This document shows, one piece after another, positions 19,400 to 32,430 of a stretch of 64,000 bases of DNA (positions within the stretch are counted from its first letter, which is position 1; every line of letters begins with the position of its first letter). The translations under genes were made by a program, and so were the position numbers. The notes beneath the pieces are model-generated. The model had not been told where the DNA came from. It searched no databases and worked only from the letters and a program-made list of their open reading frames with translations. Location: assembly GCA_004431415.1 (NCBI GenBank), contig QPMI01000130.1:1-64000 (forward strand), given 5' to 3'. This DNA is from Cyanophora paradoxa CCMP329 (lineage: Eukaryota > Plantae > Glaucophyta).

Positions 19400-21900
19400 T
19401 GGCATGGTCCGTTGGCCCCAGCCCGTTGGCCACGGTGGGGGAAAGTCTTTCGAGTTCTGGATTCAAGGGTCAGTGTCTGTGTCAAAGGCTAGTTGTGCTC
19501 TCAAAATCTACGGGCTCTAAGGAGCCCGGGTTGCGGGCATTGGATGGAGGAGTACTAAACGCACTGAATGAGAGCTTTAGAAGTGCAGTCGTCCGGACGC
19601 GCAGCTCCCCCGGGGGAGGGAAAGGGGTGGGGGGAGCAATCGGCATCAACACTACTGTAGTACATGTACAATCACGACCAGATTCAACTAAACCACAAGA
19701 CAGAGAATGCCAGCGTGGGCGGGATACAACTCAGTGCCTGGCAAAGCAGAAGACGAAATAAGAGGTGCACGTGGTGGCTCAGCACCAAGGACCTCTGGCC
19801 TGGCAGGCGAATTGTGGGAGGAAAAGTGTGGGAAGACCGACTCGGAGCTGTGGGCCTGAAGGAGAAGGCAACCCCAGCAAGATTTCTGACCTGGAATTCG
19901 AAGATACCCCCAGAATGGGTTTTTTTTGTTGTTGATCTAGCGCTGTGATCTGGCCAGAACTTGGCATATGCATGCACCAGGCACACTGCCATTGTCAGGA
20001 TTGACCCTCTTGCTGCACACGGAAGAAAAATTACAATGCCTCTTCTGTTCGCAGCAAGACAGTGGATCTCTTTAGAGCACGATGATTAGCTGCAAGGATG
20101 AGAGGCGTTTTGTTCGGCTTGAATGTTGATTTCGGTTTCTCAGTTGACTTCTTTGTGTGTTGAGTAGTAAAACACCAGCCTGACGAGGTCCTTAAACACA
20201 ACACAATTGCAGCGCAGGAGGGGCAACATGATGCACCTTTGAGTAGAACTTCTCTGCCAGGGTGCAAAACTTCAGCAGCCCAGCACAACCTGCAAACTCA
20301 AAAGCACCCCGTAAGGACATTCTCAAGATAAAAACTATTGCATACAACTTCGCAAATCTGCTGAGTTGTGCGAGAGACGGGCGTGACTTGATCTCTCCAA
20401 TGAGGACCTCGACCAATTCATCATTCGTGAATACCACACGCCCTCTCACATCCAGCTGAACCTATTGGACATCATGATCAAACAATAGACCAGCAACATT
20501 GTGAAGGAACCTCATTTTGAGTTTTTCCAAAGCAGTACACTGTTACAAACGCCATTGCTGTCCGACAGTCGTGATTTTAGAAGACATTTGTACATGCATA
20601 TGCAGAAAAATGCACCAAGATCGTTGTTGCGAAAGAGAAGCTGTATTCTTTCCCGGTCAAGATCTTCCTGTGACCGTCCATGGTACTGCATGTCTGTTGA
20701 GCACTGCATCCACATCTGCAGTTGTGTCCACAGCACTTTCACATGAGTTGCAGAGTACTACGTGGAAAAGCGGAAGTCATGGTCAACAACAGCAAACGGT
20801 CTGAAAAAAAACAGCTTACTTTACCAGGTGCCTTCCTCCTTTTGAAGAGGCAAGCTTGATTGATGGTTTCCTTTTTTGCATGCTTCAGAAGTTGAGCAGG
20901 ATCTTGACCTCTATGAGATGCGATATGCAAGTGCCATTCCTGCATCGCTATTAAAGAGATCTAGAAGGAGTATGCAGGTGGCATTAAAAAGCACATCTGA
21001 GAACATATCAAGTTGATTGAGAATGAAATGAATGATCTTTTCAACCAGAAGACGCTGCTCCAGAAATCCAAAATTAGGCGGAATGCCAACATACATTCAA
21101 ACTCATAATCATGAAAGCAGACCTCAGATTTGAGTAATTCGACAGCCAGCAGCTCCGCATCAGCGAAAGGGTTGCTGGCCTGGAAGAAGCCGGCCAAATC
21201 TAGCAGTGACGTGATCTGATTCGATTTTGAAGGGATCAGGCGATCGGATATCTCATAAACACAATCACCACTAAGACTCACCGTCAAGGGTCGAGGGTCC
21301 AGAAACCATTTCTCTTTTATGTTCTCTCTGACCGATTGCTCCGTGAAAAAACCCATCTTGCTCTGCAGTGAGTTCACGGAGGTCTGCAGTGAGCCCGCTG
21401 TGAAAAGGATAACTGAAAGAAGAATAGGAAGTTTATCTCGAGACCTGGATTTCTGCGACATCACTGGCGATGACTTGTAATTTCTCCCAGATAGCCGGAA
21501 GAATATCGTCCTTCTCAGGAACATTGCTCTGACCATCGTGAGTACTACTGCAGAGGATACTTGTGCTCTTGCAGAAATCTGTTTTCTGTCAGCTATCGCA
21601 GAGAAGCGAAAGGGATAAAACGAACCAAATACGGTCATGGAACGCCTCCAAAACGGGAAGACCTCTGCAGCTGCCTGGGAGTATCTCCACTCCGAATTAA
21701 GCTCATCAACACGCCGCTTCGTGGTTTGCCAAACGCAGAGCGTTGGAATTGCATACGCAATTAACGAACATTGCACAGCGCTCCTCGGAGTGCCAGCGGG
21801 CCCTTGGCCGACGAAAATCGCGCTCATGGCCACACGTAAGTGCAGAAATCGAAGATTTGCTGCCTGTTGAAGATCGAAGATCTGCGATCTGCGATTTGCG
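19400..21900 (-). mobile_element. Lower-GC insert with broken ORFs; possibly a decayed Crypton-like (tyrosine recombinase) element
   Basis: Composition is clearly less GC-rich than the flanks. Minus-strand fragments FTNDELVEVL..LRMSLRGAFE..AEKFYSKVHH..CLVHAYAKF loosely follow Crypton motif order. Catalytic HxxR/Y not found. Confidence 0.3.
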
Positions 21901-22195
21901 AACTAAAATCCGGCGCGCCCGTATACTTATCGCAAGAAATCGCGCGCAACCGCGGAGCTCGCCCGCAAACACGGCGCGCCCAGTCAACGTCTACGCCTAC
22001 GATACGTCTACGTTATATTCTACGTCTACCGATGTGAGCAAAGGGCCGCAAGAGCTCACGAGGGCTGCGAAGAAAGGCTGAGTGAGCGAGAGAGAGAGAC
22101 AGTCATTCGTGTACCCGCCCGGCCCGACGCGCGACGCTCGGTCGGCGTGCGGTTGTTTTCTCGCTTTCAGCACAGCTTTTCGGCCTCTAGTAGCA

Positions 22196-23860
22196 TGTCT
22201 CACAACACCCGTTCCAAAATCGCCGGCCTCGCTGCTCAGGGCAGCAATCCGGTCCTCGCGGATGGCTCGCTCATCGACCAGGGCGGCCGGCGCCAGGCCC
22301 AGCAGCGTGGAATCGGTTCCAACGGGCCGTCAGCGACCGTAAATGCGGTCGCAACGCCCTCGCGGGCAGCGCGCGGGGCCCGCGGCGCCAGCCGCGGTCC
22401 CGGCCTCGGGGCCCCTCCGAGCCCCCAGCCGCCTCGCAGCCCCGCGCGCAGCCCCGCAATGCACGTGCCGGAGGCCATGGCGGCGGAGCATCCCTCCCCG
22501 CCCGCTCGCCTCCCTGCCCCGCAGTCTCCGCCCCCGGCCCCGCAGCGGCCGCGGCCGCGCCGTCCCCGCGGGCCCCCAGCCCCGGGCGGCCGCGCGGCGC
22601 GGCGCGCAGCCTGCGGCGGCGTCGGCCATCGAAGTCCGCACCCTCACCGAGTGCATCCGCTCCCTCCAGGCGCAGCTCAACCGTCAGGAAGCGCGCACCG
22701 AGAGCCTCGAGCGCGAGCTGCTCTCCGGCCTCGGCGACGTCATCAACCGCGTCGACACGCTGCAGCAGTCCTCCCCGGCCGCACAGCTCAGCGACACCAT
22801 CCGCGCCGAGGTCGAGCGGGCGCAGCAGGCCGTGCGGGCCCTCCACGTCTCCCAGAGCCGTCAGTCCAACGTGCCCCAGCACGTCATCTCGGAGGCCGCG
22901 GGCTCCAAGCTCCCCGCTCGGCTCCGCGATGGTAAGCCCATCGACCTTTACAAGACCTATAAAGAGACGCTCCGCTTCCTCCCCGCCGCCGCCACCGGGC
23001 CCTCCCGCATCCCCATAGGCGATAAGGGCATCCTCTATGTGCCTAGCGGGGCTGGGGCCCTCGAGGACGACCCGTTCGGCCTCTCTGCGGACGCCCTCGA
23101 GGCGGGCACGGACGGCGCCGGCGTCCTCCCCCCTGTCGACTACGCCAACGTCGTCTTCACCATCATTATCACGGTGCTGTCGGACCCCGAGCTCTCCCCC
23201 GAGCAGCGCGTCCGCCTCGCAACCGCCTGGGCCTCGCAGGGGCACGAGATCACTCGCCTGGCCCACTGCGCCGCCTGGCGCCAGGTCTGGCGCTGGCTCC
23301 AGCACTGGCAGGCGGAGGTCCTCGTCGCCCCCCCGGGGGAGGCGAAGATCCTCGCCCTCCAGGGCTACAACGCCAACGCCCTGACGACCTACCTGACCTC
23401 CCTCACGGCCCCGCGGGCCCCCTCGGACGTCCGCTCCTTTCTCGGCGGCGCCAGCACGGAGCCGGCCGACGGGGGCCCCGCGCGCGGGTCCGCTCCCCGC
23501 CCTGCGACGCGCGCCGCCGCCGCCGCCGGGGGGGTGGGGTCCCCCGACCGCGCAGCGACCATCGCGGCCCTCAAGGGCGCCGGCGTCCTCCCCCACAAGG
23601 AGGACGCGCGCTACGCGCAGGCGGCCGCCGCCAAGGACGCCGTCTGCTGGAGCTACAACGTCGGGCTCCACTGTGACCGCCTCAAGGACGGCCGGTGCCG
23701 CTACGGGCAGCACCGCTGCATCCACTGCGGCTCGCGTGACCCATCTTGCATGCGGCCGCCCTGTGACTTCCGCGCAGCCAGACGCAACCAACGTTCTCAG
23801 CGTGTTAGCTTGGCTGGAATCACACCTTGCCGCGTCGACGTCCCCGGGCGAGCCGTGTGA
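22196..23860 (+). mobile_element. Gag-like ORF of a DIRS/Ngaro (tyrosine-recombinase) retrotransposon; RT/YR absent
   Basis: Intronless ~500-aa ORF with a coiled coil and a C-terminal CWSYNVGLHC..CRYGQHRCIHCG zinc finger typical of DIRS/Ngaro gag. Probable frameshift from ATG 22196. Confidence 0.65.
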
Positions 23861-24938
23861 GCATCGGACCGTCGGCAGGCGACGAGCACCTTCGGCCGCC
23901 GGCGGGGCCGGCCGGCCGCCTCGTAGCGGTCCAGCCGCATCCTTAGCGGAGATCGCTTGATGACAGTCAGTGAGCTAGTGAGAGCTAGTGAGTTTCTGGG
24001 CGACGGGCTGGCCCCAGCGGCCCGCTCTTTGAGCCACAATCATTATCACATGTAGTTATATCACTGCTCCAAGATACAGGGTGATCCGAAGTGTTTCTGG
24101 GCCCGACCGGTATTTCGAGCCTCAAAAGTGCGCTGAGCGGGATGCGCTAAGCAGTTGGAGAAAATGGTATATTGGGCGTTCTGCCCCACAATACCATATA
24201 TCGTCTCATACTATGATATCTTATAGAATTTCATAAATCCTTACCATAACCGATTTTTCGATTCATTTCACACGATAATATACGGAATTTCTCGATTGTC
24301 GTACTTTGATACTCCTCGATTGTCGTACTTTAATCGACGAAATCCACAAAACCAACACCACACCAACAACACACCAATACCAAACCAACACCACTGTTAG
24401 GGCCCTTGGTGTGCACCCCCCCTAGGAGCATTTGCTTCAATTCCCGGAGGGATTGTTGTATATGGTCATGGTGCAAGGCAGGGGGCGGCGAGCGGGGCGC
24501 TCCTTGGTGGAACAAATACGTAGGCACATGCACCAGGCATGGCAGCGGCCAGGCAGGCAGTCCCTGGCAGCCGATCCTGGCATAGCGAACAGGAGCCCGG
24601 GGCGCGGCGCCGGCGAGCTAGTAGCGTAAGAGGTCTTTGTATCATACATACAAGTGGTTCGTGTGGCCGGGCGGGCTGCGCGCGCGCTGCCCTGGACGCG
24701 CGCCCGTCGAGCGCGCGGGCGCCAGCTCGGGCACTCAGATGCATGCCGGTAGCGCTCAAACCTACCACAGATGCGATGCTAGGTCGCTGAAGACGCTGCG
24801 CGTGCCCGTCGCGGCCCAGCACTTGGTTTTGACGACAGCGTCAAGGGAGGGGGGGTGCAGTGAATTTTTCGACCGCAGGAACAGCCGGCGGCAGACCGCC
24901 GGAGAGCCGCCCCAGCCGGCCAAAACAGCGGTAGCCTA

Positions 24939-25310
24939 GTGCACGGAGCTGCGGGCGCTCATTGCGGGTCGCCTCGCAATGAGCGGCTTCGAGATTTCAT
25001 CGACCCGGAGATTCTGGAGGAGTATGTGGCTCAGAAGAGAAAGGCGAGGGAGATCGTGGCTCTGCTGCACGAGGAGCACCAAATCCAGATTTCGATGCGC
25101 GCCCTGCGCTACAAGCTCAGCGACCTCGACCTCTCAACGGACTACTCTCTCTCAAAGGAGGCAGTTTACGATGTCGTACAAGAAGCGGCGACTTTGTGCG
25201 GCGAAGGATACGGCTACGACGCGATCTGCGGGGCGCTCAGGGCCGGAAGCAACGAGCCGAGGATCGCGACGCACTCGGTGCGGAACTCTTCCCGAGGATC
25301 GCGAGCATGT
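24939..25310 (+). pseudogene. N-terminal fragment of an integrase-core (IS3/IS481-like eukaryotic) transposase with Clr5-like HTH
   Basis: EIVALLHEEHQIQISMRALRYKLSDLDL..LSKEAVYDVVQE..GEGYGYDAICGALR..SVR matches the N-terminal pattern of this family. The DDE core is missing. Confidence 0.55.
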
Positions 25311-28300
25311 CGTGGAGAGGCTTCCAGGCCGAGTCCGCGCCCGGGGCGTAGGTCGCGAATGAGAAGGCGTGCAGCTTGACTGCCTCGATTCCCTTTCCGC
25401 TCTTTACCGCGGCACCCGCCGCAGCCATGAGCTTCTCTTTCTGAGTGACCGCGGCCGCGGCGGCCTAGGCACGAGCCGCCGTCGTCACCTGGGCGCGAGG
25501 GGCCACCTTGCCGAGGGGGTCGAACCCCTCCGTCTGCGCGTATAGCGTGAGGAGGGTCGCATGGCGACGCGAGGATGCGGGCTTGACCGATTTGCATTAG
25601 CACATCCATACAACTAATGAAGTTGTCTACGTCGACCACAATCTCACTGAAAGCACTATCCAGGAAGAGAAAGTGAGGACTCTCGTGTGCTGTGCTCACA
25701 ATCTACATACTGGAGAAAGGGGACAACACTCTCCTATTAAACACTGCAAACAGAGAGCCGAAGCTAAGGCCAAGCTACCACTACCTCCCTAAGGACGCAG
25801 GAACTGAGCCTACGTATAGCAAGGGTGAAGTCGAAGCGGCCGAGCCTAAACTGTAGCCCTCCTCTGAGCAGTGCCCTAGAAAAGCGAAGACTCCAAAAAA
25901 CTCCAGGGAAGGGCCGGAAACCGGAGCCCGTGAGGGCCCGGGTAAAAACCGGCGGGCGCACAGCGTCGCCAGCCGAAACCAGCAAGCTGTGCTCCTCGGC
26001 ACCGGAAGATACCGCCTCCAGCTGGGCACACGCGCCTGCCCGAAGTCCGCTGCGGCGGGGGTTGGGAGGCCCCGGGCCGCCCGAGTGCTCAGAAGCACAT
26101 CGCCTCGCCAGGAGTCCGAGTTTCTGTGCGACGACGACGCCCGCAGCCGCTGCGTAGGCGTGCAATCACGCCACCGACGATTGCCTGCAGGGGCGCACGC
26201 AAGCCGTCGGCATGACGCGAGCGGCCGCTCGGCGCCGCAGAGAAGACATCGGGCTGAGCGAGATTTTTTTTTTGAAAGTCTGCTGCATTCGTACACACTT
26301 GACAACAGTCCCCCGCTCCGGCGGCTCCACGCCTACCGGATACTGAGATGCTGACTGCAAGAGGAGATAGATAACAAGAGTGCTACAGCTAGTAGTCGTG
26401 TCGAGCTAGTGCCTTAGCTGTAGTCTACCGAGTCGTCTCCAGAACATAATATGCGCCGGTCCTCTAGCAGTGAGCGCGGCAGAAAGATGTAGGCCCAGAA
26501 AACCGGAGCCCCGTTAGTTAGGGCCCGGATGAAAAACTGGTGGTCGCGCAGCAAGAGCCGCGCTCCTCAGCCGCCTCCACGGCGAGCGCTGAGTCCAGAG
26601 TCGCCGCCAGCCGCCGAGCTGCAGCGCCGCGCAGCGAGCCGCGCGTCAACATCGCGGGCAGCTGCAGCTGGGCGCGGCATCGCCAATGCCCGGCGGGAAC
26701 CCAGGCTGGTCGGCGGGAGCCGAGCAGCACGCCATCTCCTCCAGAGCCCGAGCACCGCGCCCTTCTCTGCGTCGCTCCTCCTACTGCCGCGGCCAGCTTG
26801 GTCCGCCCTCGCTAGATTTGCGCCTAGACATGCTGGAACGCGCGGGCGCTGTTGCGCAGAGCGGCGCCGACGCAGAGAAGCCCGAACTAGAGGCAATGAG
26901 CACTGCTGAGACCGCTGATCTGACCTGGGGGCCGCACGCCCAACCGCGCCCGCCGACGAACGAATCGCCTAACGGACACTGCGGCTAAGCGGCTAGAAGC
27001 GCTTCTAGACCTTACTGAGGCGACCTGTGCCCTCCGGGCGCGCGCCCGGCGGGCGCTTCTCCCGCCCCGCCGACCTACGTTGCGCGCCCTTCCCGGGGTA
27101 CAGAATCACATCGGGCTGAGCGAGAGAGCAGTTGCTGAAGCCACCGCTGGTGGCCGCTGGAGTGGCTCGCCGAACCGACCCGCGCGGAGCGGATTCCCAA
27201 CGGGCGCGCGGCTGATCAGCTAAAAGTGGGCTTGAAGTGCGGCCGAGGCGATTCGCGACCGTCGGACAGCCGGAGAGGCGCCCAGCGGGCAGGAGCCCGC
27301 TACCTACCTTCTCTCCAGGTCGGGGTACGCGAATCGACGCGAGGATGCGGGCGCACGATATCGATCGTGGGCCCGCCCGAGCCTGTGCGCGTGGCGCCAA
27401 AATTTGAATGCCAGTTGGGCGCCAAAATTTGAATCGACATGGCGGCGATTGCGAGCGCACCGCGCCCCGAGCTCGCGACCGCGTCCGCAAGGCCCTGACT
27501 GGAGCGGCCGCTAAACCGGACCCCGAAGGTGGCCGTCCGTTGGGCGGGCTCGGCCGGCGCGGCGACCTCGGGCTGGTCGTCTGCGCGCCGAGCGGTTATA
27601 ATTCATGATTAGCGCGGGCGGCGGTTAGCGTGAGCACGCGCACTCATTGCCGTGTAGTAGACGCCCTGCTTGCCCGTCTTCCAGCCCGAGGTGGAGCACA
27701 GGAGGCTGATGTCCTCGACCTCCTCCGACGTGCCGTCGTGGCGCATCTCGAGCACGAATTCCATGTTCTCGGCGTCCAGATTCTGAAACACAGTCGCCTT
27801 GAGCAGCCGCGCGCAGGACAACGTCAACCGTTGAACGGGGCGGGCGTTGAGCATCTCCGGATCCGGCTTGAAATACACAGGCGGCGCATCCGGGCTGCCC
27901 TTCCTGTGGATCACGACACGTTCGATTTCTCCCGCGGGCACGGAGCCGTAACAGTCCGGCGCCCGGGGAAAAAACGTATGGTGGGCACGCCCACCGTAGA
28001 TCTTTAAAAAAAAAAAAAACGTATGGTAGACTTTTAAAAAAACCGGCCGATCCGGGGTGGGCCGGACTCGAACCCTAGCTAGCTAGCTAGCTGGCTATGT
28101 TCGAATGTTAGCAAGCGCGCCGCGCGCGTCTTGCGCCGGGGCGCACTCGGGAAACAAAGAGAACACACCGCCGGGTCAGATCCAGCAGCTGACTGCGCCG
28201 TCCCTGAGCGCGGTCTTCGAGAAGCTAGCTGGTCGGGTGCCCGAGCAGGCAGCTCCCCGCGCTGATGCGCTTCCGAAAGCTAGTGCCGGTGCGTAGAGAT

Positions 28301-28740
28301 CGCGCCGGCTCGCGCGCCCGGGAGAGCTAGCTAGCTGACAGGATCGCCGCGCGTCAGGTCCGCGGTGCCTGCCCTTGGTCACGCCCGGGCGGCTGCCCGC
28401 CAGCAGCGACGGCGCTGCGCCGCAGCCGATCGACATCAGGGCATCGAGTAGCGTCGCAGAGACTCGTTGCGCACGCCCCCCAAGCGTGGAAACGCCTCCG
28501 CGTCCGTCTGACTTGCGTACACGCACGTACGCGCGCGCCTCGGTGCACAGCGCGCCCTGGCGGCGGCTCCGCGAGATGCGAGGCGGACTTCTTCACACTT
28601 CTGAGCCCGAGTGCGCGCTGGCTCCCCGCCGCGCCCCCGCCCCGCGCCCCCGCCCCGCGCCCCGCGCCACAGGCTCTCACATAGCTCCTCTTTGAACAGC
28701 TGGAGGCGGCGCAGCAAAACAGAACGAGGGCGGGGCGCTC

Positions 28741-29751
28741 GTGCCCGCCGCGGCTCCGGCTCCAGCCAGCAGCGCCCCGGCTCCGGCTCCAGCCAGCAGC
28801 GCCCTGGCGTGCGCCAGGTCCAGCGGGCAGCTCGTCGTAACAGGTCCCGCGCCAGCGTCGTGCGGCGTCTTCCAGAATGGCGTCGTGCCGGCGAGCTGTC
28901 CCCTCGCCCTGCCGCCCGATCTCGTCAGAATGATAAGGGGAGCCGCGGACGTGATGAAGATGCACCCGGAGTACAGGTCCTCCAACGACAGCTTGTACAA
29001 CCTGAAAATCTCCAGGCTCAGCTTGCCTGGCTACGAGAAGCTGCAGCGCGAGTTAGGGCACGACGTCTCGATGAAGAGAGCAGCGGAGGTGGCACCTGCT
29101 CTTGTGTACCAGCTGCTCGCGGAGCTCCAGAGCGAGAGGGCCAACAGCAGCTACCTGCTGGAAGAAATCAGCCGCCGCGACGCCGCCCTGGAACAGCTGA
29201 AGACCCAGCTTCAGCACGCAGGGCCACGCCCGCCCCTACCCCTCTTCGCACCCGTACCCCAGACCATGCAGCCGGCTCAGCCCGTCCAGATGATGACGGC
29301 TCCGCCCGTTGAGCTCCGAGGAACGAAGCGGGACCGCGAGGATGGAGACGTCCGAGGCGGCTCCAAGAGGGGCCGCGGGTGGGGAGGCCGGCGAGGCCGC
29401 GGGAGCGGCCGGGGGGGGGGCGCCGGCGGCCGCGGCGGGCGCGGAGGCGGCGACGTTGGCGGCGGCGGCGGCCGCGGCGGGCGGGAGGCGGCGGCCGTGG
29501 CCGCGGCTTGCGCAGAGGAGGCGGCGGCGGCCGCGGCGGGCGGGGAGGCGGCGAGGGTGGAGGCGGAGGCGGCGGAGACGGCGACGGCGACGGAGGCGGA
29601 GGCGGAGGCGGTGGAGACGGCGGCGGCGGCGGTGGGGCGGCGGCGGTGGGGCCGGCGGCGGCGGCGGCGGCGGCGGTGGGGGCGGCGGCGGCGACATCGT
29701 AGTCGACCAGGTATGTCACAGCAAGAATCAGCTCGGGTTGAGCTCGAGTAA
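28741..29751 (+). CDS. Hypothetical cargo protein (coiled coil followed by RGG/Gly-rich tail); boundaries uncertain
   Basis: Protein-like stretch LVRMIRGAADVMKMHPEY..LLEEISRRDAALEQLKTQLQ..GGSKRGRGWGGRRGRG inside the TIR element. Confidence 0.45.
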   Translation: MPAAAPAPASSAPAPAPASSALACARSSGQLVVTGPAPASCGVFQNGVVPASCPLALPPDLVRMIRGAADVMKMHPEYRSSNDSLYNLKISRLSLPGYEKLQRELGHDVSMKRAAEVAPALVYQLLAELQSERANSSYLLEEISRRDAALEQLKTQLQHAGPRPPLPLFAPVPQTMQPAQPVQMMTAPPVELRGTKRDREDGDVRGGSKRGRGWGGRRGRGSGRGGGAGGRGGRGGGDVGGGGGRGGREAAAVAAACAEEAAAAAAGGEAARVEAEAAETATATEAEAEAVETAAAAVGRRRWGRRRRRRRRWGRRRRHRSRPGMSQQESARVELE

Positions 29752-30769
29752 AACCCGAGATAGCATCTTTGCGAAAGTCCAATGCAAGAATGAGCCCGAA
29801 ATACCATTTAAGCTCATCTCGGCAGGCATCTAAGCTTATTTAAGCTTATCTCGCAGGCCTGTGACCGGAGCACCCGTGCGCCCGCCCCGCGCGCCCACCA
29901 GCGAGCAGCCAATCTCGATTGCACCCACTCTCTAGCTAGCTAGCTAGCTATCAGATGCCTATGGTCTCGCTAGCTAGCTAGCTACAGCTACATCGCGCCT
30001 CGTTGACCAACTCTTAGCTAGCTCGCAGCGCCATCCGCGCAGCGCCATCGCCCACTTGTCCCAGCCGCCGGCGCCGCTCCATGTGCTCCACCACATCCGC
30101 GGCGCCTCGTTGCGCGTGCCGCGGTGCCGCCAGGCGCCTGCACGCGCGAAGTCAAGGCAAGGCGCGGCGCCTAAAGCTCAGCGCGGGACGGGAAGCTATA
30201 GGATGGACCGGCCTGGCGCGCTTGCTAGCAAGCATTGCTAGCTAACGTGGCGCAGCCTGGGGCGCGCGCGTACCTGGTGCCAGAGGGACCGCGGAACGCG
30301 GAACGCAGGGAGACCACCGAGGGCTCCTGCACGGAGTAGTCAGATCACTTAGCAAATCCGATGGCAGGACGGTTTCTTGGGCACTTGTTCGAACCTGCCA
30401 TCGCGTCTCGGTCCAGAGCGTCGGAATTCGCGTCTCGGTGCTCGGAAGGGTTGCTGTCCGCCCTCAAGAGCTAGTTAGCCAGCGTGGCACCAAGTGGACG
30501 GCGGGAGACCGACCGCGGCGGGTGTCCGTTGAAGCCGATGAACGGAAGCCGATGAACAAGGACCTGCGCGTGAAGAGGACAAGAATGCGCTACGAGTCGC
30601 GGTTCAATGCTGTTGCTCGGGCGGCGGCCAGCGAGGCCTGCGGGACGAAGACGTTGACGAAGGCTTTTTGGATGTGTACCCTGTCCAATTGCGTACTGTC
30701 GACATTCGAGGAATGGGAAATGTCGACATTCGAGGAGATAATGAGGATAATGTCAAAACCGGGGCCCCG

Positions 30770-31085
30770 GCTCATCTCACCAGAATTTCGCCAGAATCTT
30801 CGTGATTCTCGAGATTGTGCGCGAATTTCGGGGGAAATGTCAAAACCGGAAACCGGCGTGGCCCGAATTCTCGCCAGAATCTCACCAGAATTTCGCCAGA
30901 ATATCCGTGATTCTCGAGATTGTGCGAGAATTTCGGGGGAAATGTCAAAACTGGAAACCGGCGTGGCCCCGAATTCTCGCCGGAATCTCACCAGAATTCG
31001 AATTTCGCCAGCAGCAGAATATTCGTGATTCTCGAGATTGTGCGCGAACTTCGGAATTCGGGGGAAAATGTCAAAATCGGCAAAC
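30770..31085 (+). repeat. Three copies of a ~105-118 bp lower-GC tandem repeat
   Basis: CGTGATTCTCGAGATTGTGCG..GGGGAAATGTCAAAA at ~30801, 30906 and 31024. Confidence 0.9.
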
Positions 31086-31247
31086 GCTTTGGCCCGTCCC
31101 CGAGTTCCAATTCTCTCCCAAAATTTTATCGCCGGCCTCGCCGAGTCGCTCGTCGCGATTTTTCGCTCTCGCTCTTCTGTATTTTCTGTACATGTATTTC
31201 TGTAGTGTATGTGCTCGAGTGTGGTTTTCAAGAAGGACAGGGATGCA

Positions 31248-32430
31248 AGGCGGGGCGCGCCGCGGCGGGGCGGGGCGGGCAGGGGCCGGCGCGGGGCGCG
31301 ATCCGGCCTGTGCGCGGGCGTCAGCGCGGCTCGCGGCGGGCGGGGAGGCGGCGGGGGCGGCGCGGACCTGGCCTCAGCCCCGTCGGCGAGGCGGGGCGCG
31401 CCGCGGCGGGGCGGGGCGGGCAAGGGCCGGCGCGGGGCGCGATCCGGCCTGCGCGCGGGCGTCAGCGCGGCTCGCGGCGGGCGGGGAGGCGGCGGGGGCG
31501 GCGCGGACCTGGCCTCAGCCCCGTCGGCGAGGCGGGGCGCGCCGCGGCGGGGCGGGGCGGGCAGGGGCCGGCGCGGGGCGCGATCCGGCCTGCGCGCGGG
31601 CGTCAGCGCGGCTCGCGGCGGGCGGGGAGGCGGCGGGGGCGGCGCGGACCTGGCCTCAGCCCCGTCGGCGAGGCGGGGCGCGCCGCGGCGGGGCGGGGCG
31701 GGCAGGGGCCGGCGCGGGGCGCGATCCGGCCTGCGCGCGGGCGTCAGCGCGGCTCGCGGCGGGCGGGGAGGCGGCGGGGGCGGCGCGGACCTGGCCTCAG
31801 CCCCGTCGGCGAGGCGGGGCGCGCAGCGGCAGGGCGGGGCGGGCAGGGCCGGCGCGGGGCGCGATCCGGCCTGTGCGCGGGCGTCAGCGCGGCTCGCGGC
31901 GGGCGGGGAGGCGGCGGGGGCGGCGCGGACCTGGCCTCAGCCCCGTCGGCGAGGCGGGGCGCGCCGCGGCGGGGCGGGGCGGGCAGGGGCCGGCGCGGGG
32001 CGCGATCCGGCCTGTGCGCATGCGTCAGCGCGGCTCGCGGGGAGGCGGCGGGGCGGCGCGGACCTGGCCCGGCGGCCGGCGCCTCAGCCCCGTCGGCGAG
32101 GCGCGCGGGGCGCGCCGCGGCGGGGCGGGGCGGGCAGGGGCCGGCGCGGGGCGCGATCCGGCCTGTGCGCATGCGTCAGCGCGGCTCGCGGGGAGGCGGC
32201 GGGGCGGCGCGGACCTGGCCGGCGCCTCAGCCCAGTCGGCGAGGCGCGCGGGGCGCGCCGCGGCGGGGCGGGGCGGGCAGGGGCCGGCGCGGGGCGCGAT
32301 CCGGCCTGTGCGGGGGCGTCAGCGCGGCTCGCGGCGGGCGGGGAGGCGGCGAGGGCGGCGCGGACCTGGCCTTAGCCCCGTCGGCGCGCGCGAGGCGGGG
32401 CGCGCAGCGGCAGGGCGGGGCGGGCGGGGC
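31248..32430 (+). repeat. GC-rich minisatellite, ~141-bp unit, ~8 copies
   Basis: Anchor GATCCGGCCTG recurs at ~31300, 31441, 31582, 31723, 31863 and on. Confidence 0.93.

Noticed and set aside
24345-24395. CA-rich (CACCAA)n stretch as a telomeric repeat
   Set aside because: It is irregular, short and internal; treated as simple low-complexity sequence.
27390-27435. Duplicated GGCGCCAAAATTTGAA (E2F/CHR-like) site
   Set aside because: It lies in transposon debris with no assignable gene; too short to support a call.
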